Part shown: piece by piece, positions 47,400-58,271 of the stretch
Layout: each line of letters opens with the position of its first letter
Numbering within the stretch: the first letter of the stretch is position 1
DNA from: Macrostomum lignano
Taxonomy: Eukaryota
Assembly (NCBI GenBank): GCA_002269645.1
Contig: NIVC01003782.1
Span: 1 to 64,000, forward strand
Direction of reading: 5' to 3'
Length of the DNA: 64,000 bases
The notes under the pieces: model-generated
What the model was told of the DNA's origin: nothing
What the model saw: only the letters and a program-made list of their open reading frames with translations
Database searches by the model: none
Translations under genes and position numbers: made by a program

Positions 47400-47600
47400 T
47401 CCGGTGAAATATCGGACAGGTGCTGTAATCTGGGACCAAAGAAACAACAGAAGCAGAACAAACGGCACTTTTCAACATTAGTCGCCACCCTTCTCAATGC
47501 AGCGTTGCCATCTCAACTGCCACTTGTTGAAGGCCTCAGCTTACAGGTTTGCGGACATGGAGTTGGTGACAGTAGAAGGCATGAGGGGGCTTCTGGGACA
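47400..47600 (-). mobile_element. Mariner transposase C-terminal remnant
   Basis: The minus strand reads EAFNKWQLRWQRCIEKGGD*VEK, the typical mariner C-terminus (RW.KCI...G.Y.E). Confidence 0.55.
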
Positions 47601-47617
47601 AAATTTTTCACCTCCTC

Positions 47618-47890
47618 CATAATCCCATTAAATCCATCTATATTATCCCTGACAGAATCAGAAAAAAGGGGGGTCGCACTCGCTCACAAAACGTCCTCCA
47701 TAATCCCATTAAATCCATCCATATTATCCCCGACAGAATCATGAAAAAGTGGAGGGGTCGCACTTGCTCCGAAAACTTCGAACATAATCCCATTAAATCC
47801 ATCCATATTATCCCTGACAGAATCAGAGCGTAACAGGTGTCCACTAACACCTGTTATGCTCACTGACACAGACATAATCCACCAACATCC
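47618..47890. repeat. ~81-90 bp imperfect tandem repeat, 3-4 copies
   Basis: cataatcccattaaatccatc...atattatccctgacagaatca at 47618, 47699 and 47783, with a partial copy at 47873. Confidence 0.85.
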
Positions 47891-48418
47891 ACCCATAGCA
47901 TCTTCGAAACAATCAGAAAATAATCTGCATTCTTCTCCCTACATTCAATTCGCAACACGAAACCAGATCCCTAAAACTTTAAACCCCCTAACCCAGGGTC
48001 CTTACCCTTTGAAAAAAAATCTAAATTCTCAATAAAAATGTTTCCATTTGTCTCTCCAGGTTCTTATTACAAAGCGCACGAGCCCAACTACAAATTCAAG
48101 TTGGTATGATGCAAACTAGAATGCAGCGAGTACATGAGAAAATATTGGCCCGACGTTGATATCAATGTCCCTAATATTAATCTAGCTCTCCAAAGACACT
48201 GGTTTCTTAAATACGGAGTATAGTCATTAATGATTTTAACAGCTATTATAACTTTGCTGAAGTCATAAGACAGTTGTAGTTGGCAACTACGCTCGTACAA
48301 GGTTGTACCCTGTAGAGTGCAGACGCAAGATCTAAAAATAAAACCCACAAGGCATGGGAAACTAAAAGGTTGTACCCTGTAGAGTGTAGACGTAAGATCT
48401 AAAAATAAAACCCATGCC

Positions 48419-49584
48419 ATGCGGGTTTCCCTTCTAGAAGGGAATATTGTGTATTCTGGTATTCTAGAATATTCTGGATATCCGATAGATAATATTCAGG
48501 GATTTCCGAGTACTACCGTATACCACCAAATGTATAAAAACAACCGATTCACACCGCACCTCGCCCCGCAAGTCAAACCGAAACTTTCTTCAATAAAAGG
48601 AATACTTTTTATCATGGCCATGTCAAAAGAGACAAGAATTGCAACGATTACTGAACTGGCGGTCACGCTGTCATCTAAAGAAAGGTCGGCAATGGGAAGC
48701 AGACTGAGCAGCTGGAAAGAAGAAGAGTTGGTAAGGTTTCAGGAGAGATTGGAAAAGCTTGAAGGTATTCCGGATAAGAAGAGGGCGCTTCCCAAGAAAA
48801 AGGAAGAGAGCGAGCGAGAGAGAGTTATTGCGAGGATATACGCGAAGCTGGAAGAGAATGAGAGTCGTGGTGTAATGTTGTCTCTGGGTGCAATTTCCGA
48901 GGTCTCAACTTGGTCGCCATGAATTTGAATGGAACGACAAAGGTAGACTTGGAAGCGAGGTTTAAGAAGCTGACCTATTCTATCGAGAACCTGTCAACTG
49001 CGAAGGCCATGATGCAGTTTGAGCAGGGGCGCTTAATTCAAGTTTTGGTCTACAAGCACAAAATGAATGTGGAAGAGCTCGCCAACACTTTCAACATCAG
49101 CAAGCGAACAGTGGGAGACTACGACAAATTTTACTCTCTCTGTATCATGTACCCAGGTCTAATATTTTCAAGTTACACAATGGGAACCCTGCTTCGCTAC
49201 AAATCGGCGATTGAAGACAAGGCGAAAATCGATGAACGCTTTGCGGGCTTATTGAAGATGCAAATCGAGGGTATTTCCCTGGATGAACAATATGAGAAGG
49301 ATGTCAGGTGTTGGTATGAAGAAAGTAAGTACATAACATTTTTTGTTACAAATTCTGAAAGAATGTTTGTACAAACAAACAATACAAGTCGAATAAACAA
49401 TTTTTTAGGCATAGAAGAAGACGAAGCGGCCGAAGAAGAAGACAAAGATGAAGAGAAGATGAAGAAAGTAAATACATAACATTTTTGTTACAAATTCTGA
49501 AAAAAACAAACAATACAAGTCGAATAAACAATTTTTTTAGGCATAGAAGAAGACGAAGCGACCACAACGGAGGTCTTGAACTGA
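48419..49584 (+). CDS. Unknown helical protein with an HTH-like segment, split over two overlapping ORFs (48419-48922, 48910-49479); likely start MAMSK near 48613, probable 3' intron
   Basis: Non-repetitive protein-like ORFs containing HKMNVEELANTFNISKRTVGDY (HTH-like). gtaagt donor at 49325, tttttag acceptors at 49408 and 49540. Confidence 0.5.
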
Positions 49585-50092
49585 TGAAGACGAAGTACTG
49601 ACTATGAATGATTATTCTCTACGTTAAACAGTGATGGCTTTTACTTCACATTTTTCAGCGTATTCTGTGTGTTAAAATACTCGTAATATACTCTTATTTG
49701 TACTGGCAAGTTTCTTTCGTCTACAGTAGTCCTTTAAGCTGTCTATTGGTTGAAGCAAATATATCTTTTAAAGCGCACGAAAGTGGCTCTTATTGGTTAC
49801 ATTAATTAGACGAACGTTCGTAAAAATCATGTGCAGCATAAAGCGGCTCGTATTTGTAAGCGATAGCTTACTGATAGTAAAGCTATTTGAACATGGCGCG
49901 AATTCCTCACATGGTGGACTAGAAAATGTCGCCATGTGCAAGGCAAGGACTTGGTGCAAGGGCGTATAAATAGCAGTTCCACTCAGCTGGCTAGAGGTGG
50001 AGCCGACCTCGTGTGGCTATGACTGACTGACGAGGGCAAACAAGCCCGAAACCGGTCTCAGTCTGCCCCGCATTGTTCGATTCCCACTGATA

Positions 50093-50400
50093 ACATGATT
50101 TTCACGAACGTTCGTAAAAATCATGTGCAGCATAAAGCGGCTCTCAGTGGTTACATGATTTTTACGAACTTTCGTAAAAATCATGTGCAGCATAAAGCGG
50201 CTCTCAGTGGTTACATGATTTTTACGAACGTTCGTAAAAATCATGTGCATAACAGGAATTCGCACGAATTCAACTGTGCAAAATAGCATTTTTCTGAGAA
50301 AGACTAGTGCGCAGTTGGATTCGCGCCATTTCCTGTCTTAACAGGAATTCGCACGAATTCAACTGTGCAAAAAAAAGCTTTTTTTCTGAGAAAGACTAAT
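50093..50400. repeat. Array of long palindromes: three 60-bp units each with a 34-bp palindrome, then two ~89-bp units with gaattcgcacgaattc
   Basis: acatgatttttacgaacgttcgtaaaaatcatgt is perfect at 50213-50246, with one-mismatch copies at 50093 and 50153 and a partial copy at ~49811. Confidence 0.93.
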
Positions 50401-50579
50401 GACAGACTTGTGTTTTTTATGTGCGAATACTTGCGAAGTTAACCAACTTTTGGCATAATAAAACAATAGACTGAGCACAGACTAGCAATCTACGCCCCCC
50501 GTTGGGGAGCCAAATAAATGCAATACACGTTTTTTTAATAAGCTACATGTATCCTTGAAATCTTAAAAAATCTCCTGTC

Positions 50580-53500
50580 AAACCTTGTAAGCCTTGACAT
50601 GTCAGTAATTCCCCCCCCCCACAAGCTTTGACATATCAACTTCCCCCCTTGACATCTCAGCAATGCCCCCAATAAGCCTTGGAAATCTAAAAATATCTGT
50701 CAACCTTCTAACCCTAGCCTAACCCTAACCCTAACCCTAGCCCTAACCCTAACCCTAACCCTAACCTAGCATTGAAATTTCAGTAATTCTCTCTAAGAGT
50801 CACTATAGCACTACTACAGCATTATAGCGATTTCCTGCAAGCCTCGACATCGTAGGGATTCCCAAATGAATCTCTTAACTTCGACATGAAGCTTCTTTTA
50901 TTTTTTACATTACGCTTTTTTTATCAGCGATCCCTCCCCTGAGGAGGCATCAAATAATGTAATAAAAAGTTTTCAATAAACTACATGTAGCTTCTGACTT
51001 TAGCCTTGAAATCTCATTTATACCCCCGTGAGCCTTGACATCTCAGCTATTCCCCCCGTAAGCCTTAACATGTCAGCGATGGCGCCCATAAACCTTGAAA
51101 TCTAAAAAATCCCCTGTTATTCTGTTAACCTTGAAACCCGATAAAATATAACCCTCAACCCACACCTGACCTAAACCTAACTTTAACCCAACCTAAAGCC
51201 TTGAAATCTCAGCAATTCTTCTCCCCTAAGCCTTGACATTTTAGTGATTCCTTCTTTAAGAATCACAGCACTATAACGATTTCCACCAAGCTTTGACATC
51301 GTAGCAATTCCCAAATGAATCTTTTAACTTGAACATGACTTTTCTTTTATGTATAGCTCGTACATACGCTCGTAGTGCTACTTTTATTTTTTACATGACT
51401 CTTCTTCTATAAGCGCCTCCCGTGGCGAGCCAACAAAGAATGCAATAAAAAAATTGAGTAAAGTACATGAACTTTGAAGTAGCTTCTGACTTTTGCTTTG
51501 ACATCTCAGAAACCCCCCCCCCCGTAATCTCAGCAGTTATTCTCTGAGAGCCTTTACGTCTCAGTTTTTCTCCCCAGCACAGCATTATAGCTGCATTTAA
51601 TTTTTGATTTTTATGATTTTCTATGATTTTTAAATGACGCTTCTACGATTTTTACATGACGCTTCTATGATTTTTTACATGACGCTTCTATGATTTTTTA
51701 CATGACGCTTCTATGATTGTTTACATGACGCTTCTATGATTTTTTAAATGACGCTTCTATGATTGTTTACATGACGCTTCTATGATTTTTTACATGACGC
51801 TTCTATGATTGTTTACATGACGCTTCTATGATTGTTTACATGACGCTTCTATGATTGTTTACATGACGCTTCTATGATTCTTTACGTGACGCTTTTATGA
51901 TTTTCACATGACGCTTCTATGATTTTTTAAATGACGCATCTATGATTTTTATATGACGCTTCTATGATTTTTTTAAATGACGCTTCTATGATTGTTTACA
52001 TGATGCTTCTATGATTTTTTAAATGACGCATCTATGATTTTTTTACATGACGCTTCTATGATTCTTTACATGACGCTTCTATGATTGTTTACATGACGCT
52101 ACTATGATTTTTTTACATGATGCTTCTATGATTGTTTACATGACGCTTCTATGATTGTTTACATGACGCTTCTATGATTTTTTTCATGACGCTTCTGTGA
52201 TTGTTTACATGACGCTTCTATGATTGTTTACATGATGCTTTTATGATTGCTTACATGACGCTTCTATGATTGTTTACATGACGCTTCTATGATTGTTTAC
52301 ATGACGCTTCTATGATTGTTTACATGACGCTTCTATGATTGTTTACATGACTCTTCTATGATTTTTTACATGACGCTTCTATGGTTGTTTACATGACGCT
52401 TCTATGATTTTTACATGACGCTTCTATGATTTTTTTAAATGATGCATCTATGATTTTTATATGACGCTTCTATGATTTTTTACATGACGCTTCTATGATT
52501 GTTTACATGACGCTTCCATGATTTTTTAAATGACGCATCTATGATTTTTGCATGACGCTTCTATGATTTTTTAAATGACGCTTCTACGATTTTTTACATG
52601 ACGCTTCTATGATTGTTTACATGACGCTTCTATGATTGTTTACATGACGCTTCTATGATTGTTTACATGACGCTTCTATGATTTTTTTACATGACGCTTC
52701 TATAATTGTTTACATGACGCTTCTATGATTTTTTACATGACGCTTCTATGATTGTTTACATGACGCTTCTATGATTGTTTACATGACGCTTCTATGATTC
52801 TTTACGTGACGCTTCTATGATTTTCACATGACGCTTCTATGATTGTTTACATGACGCTTCCATGATTTTTTAAATGACGCATCTATGATTTTTATATGAC
52901 GCTTCTATGATTTTTTTAAATGACGCTTCTATGATTGTTTACATGATGCTTCTATGATTTTTAAAATGACGCATCTATGATTTTTATATGATGCTTCTAT
53001 GATTTTTTAAATGACGCTTCTATGATTGTTTACATGATGCTTCTATGGTTTTTTAAATGACGCATCTATGATTTTTATATGATGCTTCTATGATTTTTTA
53101 AATGACGCATCTATGATTTTTATATGACGCTTCTATAATTTTTTATATGACGCTTCTACGATTTTTTACATGACGCTACTATGATTTTTACATGACGCTT
53201 CTTTTTAAAAAGTCTTTTAGTTTTCCTGACGTTGAAAAGCTTTAATTAAAAAAATTATACTCTATGAAAATTCGAACCATCGTCGCTGCATTTAGCAGTT
53301 CAGTCTGTTCACCTCTAGGCATCTATGATGCATCTATGATTTTTATATGACGCTTCTATGATTTTTTACATGACGCTTCTACGATTGTTTACATGACGCT
53401 TCCATGATTTTTTAAATGACGCATCTATGATTTTTGCATGACGCTTCTATGATTTTTTAAATGACGCTTCTACGATTTTTTACATGACGCTTCTATGATT

Positions 53501-54214
53501 GTTTACATGACGCTTCTATGATTGTTTACATGACGCTTCTATGATTGTTTACATGACGCTTCTATGATTTTTTTACATGACGCTTCTATAATTGTTTACA
53601 TGACGCTTCTATGATTTTTTACATGACGCTTCTATGATTGTTTACATGACGCTTCTATGATTGTTTACATGACGCTTCTATGATTTTTTACGTGACGCTT
53701 CTATGATTTTCACATGACGCTTCTATGATTGTTTACATGACGCTTCCATGATTTTTTAAATGACGCATCTATGATTTTTATATGACGCTTCTATGATTTT
53801 TTTAAATGACGCTTCTATGATTGTTTACATGATGCTTCTATGATTTTTTAAATGACGCATCTATGATTTTTATATGATGCTTCTATGATTTTTTCATGGC
53901 GCTTCTATGATTGTTTACATGATGCTTCTATGGTTTTTTAAATGACGCATCTATGATTTTTATATGATGCTTCTATGATTTTTTAAATGACGCATCTATG
54001 ATTTTTATATGACGCTTCTATAATTTTTTATATGACGCTTCTACGATTTTTTACATGACGCTACTATGATTTTTACATGACGCTTCTTTTTAAAAAGTCT
54101 TTTAGTTTTCCTGACGTTGAAAAGCTTTAATTAAAAAAATTATACTCTATGAAAATTCGAACCATCGTCGCTGCATTTAGCAGTTCAGTCTGTTCACCTC
54201 TAGGCTAGTTCTCA
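50580..54214. repeat. Composite repeat, copy 1: ccttgacatctcagcaat-type degenerate repeats with a (TAACCC)n tract, a ~23-bp satellite (51620-54085) and a tRNA-like end (internal ~880-bp duplication)
   Basis: Satellite unit atgacgcttctatgatt(g/t)tttac. The terminal block appears at 53200-53320 and 54085-54210. Confidence 0.9.
50708..50768. repeat. Interstitial telomere-type (TAACCC)n tract
   Basis: taaccctagcctaaccctaaccctaaccctagccctaaccctaaccctaaccctaacc. Confidence 0.9.
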
Positions 54215-54670
54215 TCTTTTTGATAACATCAAATTTTGCACTTATATATATATATAATTCAACAGTTTAAAATCCAAGCATAGAGTAAATCACACGAAGC
54301 AGTTATGACATAATCAATATCCAGTCAGTCAGTATCAGTTAACAATATGGTTACGCAATTTAAATCAAGTCTGGTGCTACGCTTCCACACTGCATTTTCA
54401 ATTCAAGTCGGAGTTACAATTCAGTTATGATGCAATCTATTTCAGAATCAGAATTCAACCAGTCAGTTTTTTCTCTAGCATTCTTACAATGCATCTCAAG
54501 TCGAAAAGTTTGCTTGACCTTTGCAAAAAAGCATGTTTTTCGAATATTTAATGCCTTTAGCATCGAGCAATTTCTTAGCCACGATGCATGTACAGTCACG
54601 GGAAAATTTCTGATCGAACAGTGCAAGTTCGAACAAAATCGGTCCAGCCATTTTTTCTCTAATCGATCAC

Positions 54671-54706
<36 letters not shown>
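54671..54706. repeat. (GATA)n microsatellite
   Basis: atagatagatagat... about 9 copies. Confidence 0.95.
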
Positions 54707-54707
<1 letters not shown>

Positions 54708-55199
54708 CACAGACAGACCATTTTTAGTATATTGGACTAGCTAAAGTTTTGCCCCCCTTCGGGGAGCAGAAATAATTAATATTCGTCTAATATAATATAC
54801 CTTTTAGCAGGAGTACTTTAAGTGTTTTTCTTAAGCTTAAGCTTAAAATAGGAATTTTTGGAGATCGTTAATAACGCATTTTAGGTAAAACAAAACTATC
54901 AACTTTTTACAGTTTTTAGTTTAGAGCCCTGTATATGTCAACGTGTTTGATAAAAATTATTTTTATCATTTTTGATAAAAAATGGCCTTCGGGGTGGCCA
55001 ATAAGCAAGGGACGAATCCTTTTAAATGAAAAAAAATTCTTAGGGAGGGGGGCTAGGAATCGAATTCTCATTTTAATTCCAGGCTTATGTACCAATAAAA
55101 CATGTTTGTGCAGAATTTTATAACAGACATTGAAATTCAACCATACTTGCCTTCTTTCAGAGCTACTTCTACCAGTATGCTTCAGTACGCTACCAGTAC

Positions 55200-57987
55200 C
55201 CTTGTAAGCCTTGACATGTCAGCAATCCCCCCCCCCACAAGCCTTAACATATCAACTCCCCCTTGACATCTCAGCAATGCTCCCACAAGCCTTGAAATCT
55301 TAAAAAATCTGTCTATTTTCTAACCCTAACCCTAACCCTAACCCTAACCCTAAAGCATTGAAATTTCAGTAATTCTCTCTAAGAGTCTATAGCACTACTA
55401 CAGCATTATAGCGATTCCCTGCAAGCCTCGACATCGTAGGGATTCCCAAATGAATCTCTTAACTTTGACATGAAGCTTCTTTTTTTTTTACATTACGCTT
55501 TTTCTATCAGCGATCCCTCCCGTGAGGAGCCAACAAATAATGTAATAACTTTTTTCCAATAAACTACATGTAGCTTCTGACATTAGCCTTGACATCTCAT
55601 TTATTCCCCCGTGAGCCTTGACATCTCAGCTATAGATAGATAGATAGATTCCCCTCGTAAGCCTTGACATGTCAGCGATGCCCCCATAAACCTTGAAATC
55701 TAAAAAATCTCCTGTTAACCTTGAAACGCGCTAAAATCTAACCCTCAACCCAAACCTGACGTAAACCTAACTTTCACCCAACCTAAAGCCTTGAAATCTC
55801 AGCAATTCTTCTTCCCTAAGCCTTGGCATTTAAGTGATTCCTTCTTTAAGAATCACAGCACTATAACGATTCCCTCCAAGCTTTGACATCGTAGCAATTC
55901 CCAAATGAATCTTTTAACTTTGACATGACTTTTATTTTATGTATACATAGTGCTCCTTTTATTTTTACATGACTCTTCTTCTATCAGCGCCCCCCCCCAC
56001 CGTGGCAAGCCAACAAAGAATGCAATAAAAAACTTAAGTAAAGTACATGTACTTTGAAGTAGCTTCTGACTTTTGCTTTAACATCTCAGAAACCCCCTGT
56101 AATCTCAGTTATTCTCTGTGAGCCTTGACGTCTCAGTAATTCTCCCCAGCACAGCACTGTACTATAGCTTCATTTAATTTTTATATGACATTTCTTTCAT
56201 GTCTGACATGACGCTTCTTTTGATTTTTACGTTACGCTTCTTTTATTCTTCCATGATGCTTCTTAATTTTTTAAATGACACACTTTCATTAGTTTTTATA
56301 TGAGGCTTCTATAATTTTTTCATGACGCTTCTATGCTTGTTTACATGACGCTTGTATGATTTTTACATGACGCTTCTATGATTGTTTACATGACGCTTGT
56401 ATGATTGTTTACATGACGCTTCTATGATTTTTTACATGACGCTTTTATGATTTTTACATGACGCTTCTATGATTTTTTACATGACGCTTCTATGATTTTT
56501 ACATGACGCTTCTATGATTTTTACATGACGCTTCTATGATTTTTACATGACGCTTCTATGATTTTTACCTGACGCTTCTATGATTTTTTACATGACGCTT
56601 CTATGATTGTTTACATGACGCTTCTATGATTGTATACATGACGCTTCTATGATTGTTTACATGACGCTTTTATGATTGTTTACATGACGCTTCTATGATT
56701 TTTACATGACGCTTCTATGATTTTTACATGACGCTTCTATGATTGTTTACATGACGCTTCTATGATTTTTACATGACGCTTCTATGATTTTTTACATGAC
56801 GCTTCTATGATTTTTACATGACGCTTCTATGATTTTTACATGACGCTTCTATGATTTTTACATGACGCTTCTATGATTTTTACATGACGCTTCTATGATT
56901 TTTACCTGACGCTTCTATGATTTTTTACATGACGCTTCTATGATTGTTTACATGACGCTTCTATGATTGTATACATGACGCTTCTATGATTGTTTACATG
57001 ACGCTTTTATGATTGTTTACATGACGCTTCTATGATTTTTACATGACGCTTCTATGATTTTTACATGACGCTTCTATGATTGTTTACATGACGCTTCTAT
57101 GATTTTTACATGACGCTTCTATGATTTTTTACATGACGCTTCTATGATTTTTACATGACGCTTCTATGATTTTTACATGACGCTTCTATGATTTTTACAT
57201 GACGCTTCTATGATTTTTACATGACGCTTCTATGATTTTTTACATGACGCTTCTATGATTGTTTACATGACGCTTCTATGATTGTATACATGACGCTTCT
57301 ATGATTGTTTACATGACGCTTTTATGATTGTTTACATGACGCTTCTATGATTTTTACATGACGCTTCTATGATTTTTACATGACGCTTCTATGATTGTTT
57401 ACATGACGCTTCTATGATTGTTTACATGACGCTTCTATGATTTTAACATGACGCTTCTATGATTTTTTTACATGACGCTTCTATGATTGTTTACATGACG
57501 CTTGTATGATTGTTTACATGACGCTTGTATGATTTTAACATGACGCTTCTATGATTGTTTACATTACGCTTCTATGATTGCTTGCATGACGCTTCTATGA
57601 TTTTTTATGACGTTTTTATGATTTTAACATGACGCTTCTATGATTTTTTTACATGACGCTTCTATGATTGTTTACATGACGCTTGTATGATTGTTTACAT
57701 GACGCTTTTATGATTTTAACATGACGCTTCTATGATTGTTTACATTACGCTTCTATGATTTTTACATGACGCTTCTATGATTTTTACATGACGCTTCTAT
57801 GATTGTTTACATGACGCTTCTATGATTGTTTACATGACGCTTGTATGATTGTTTACATGACGCTTCCATAATTTTTTTTGTCTTGGCGTTAAAAGGCTTT
57901 AATTAAAAAAACTCTACTCTCTAAAAATTCGAACCATCGTCCCTGCATTTAGCAGTTTAGTCTGTTTACCTCTAGGCTAGCTCTCAT
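55200..57987. repeat. Composite repeat, copy 2 (same order: degenerate repeats with (TAACCC)n at 55320-55353, ~22-23-bp satellite at 56320-57870, tRNA-like end at 57925-57980)
   Basis: 55200-56200 is colinear and highly similar to 50580-51600, and the terminal block is the same. Confidence 0.9.
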
Positions 57988-58024
57988 GAATTTTAGTCAT
58001 TACCCCTAAATAGAAAATATTCCC

Positions 58025-58265
58025 AAGACAGCAAGCATCCCCCCAGTAGCAAGCATCCCCTAATACTCCTAGCAAGCATCCACCCAGATAGCAAGCATCT
58101 GCAGATAGCAAGCATCTTGCAGATAGCAAGCATCTTGCAGATAGCAAGCATACCCCAAATAATGTAGAAGCATCCTTCCAGATAGCAAGCATCCTGCACA
58201 TAGCAAGAATCCCTAAATAGCAAGCATCCCTGGATAGAAATAATCCTATACATGTAGCCAAGCTT
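58025..58265. repeat. ~20-bp degenerate tandem repeat (tagcaagcatc core)
   Basis: About 10 agcaagcatc/agcaagaatc cores. Confidence 0.8.
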
Positions 58266-58271
58266 ATCAAG

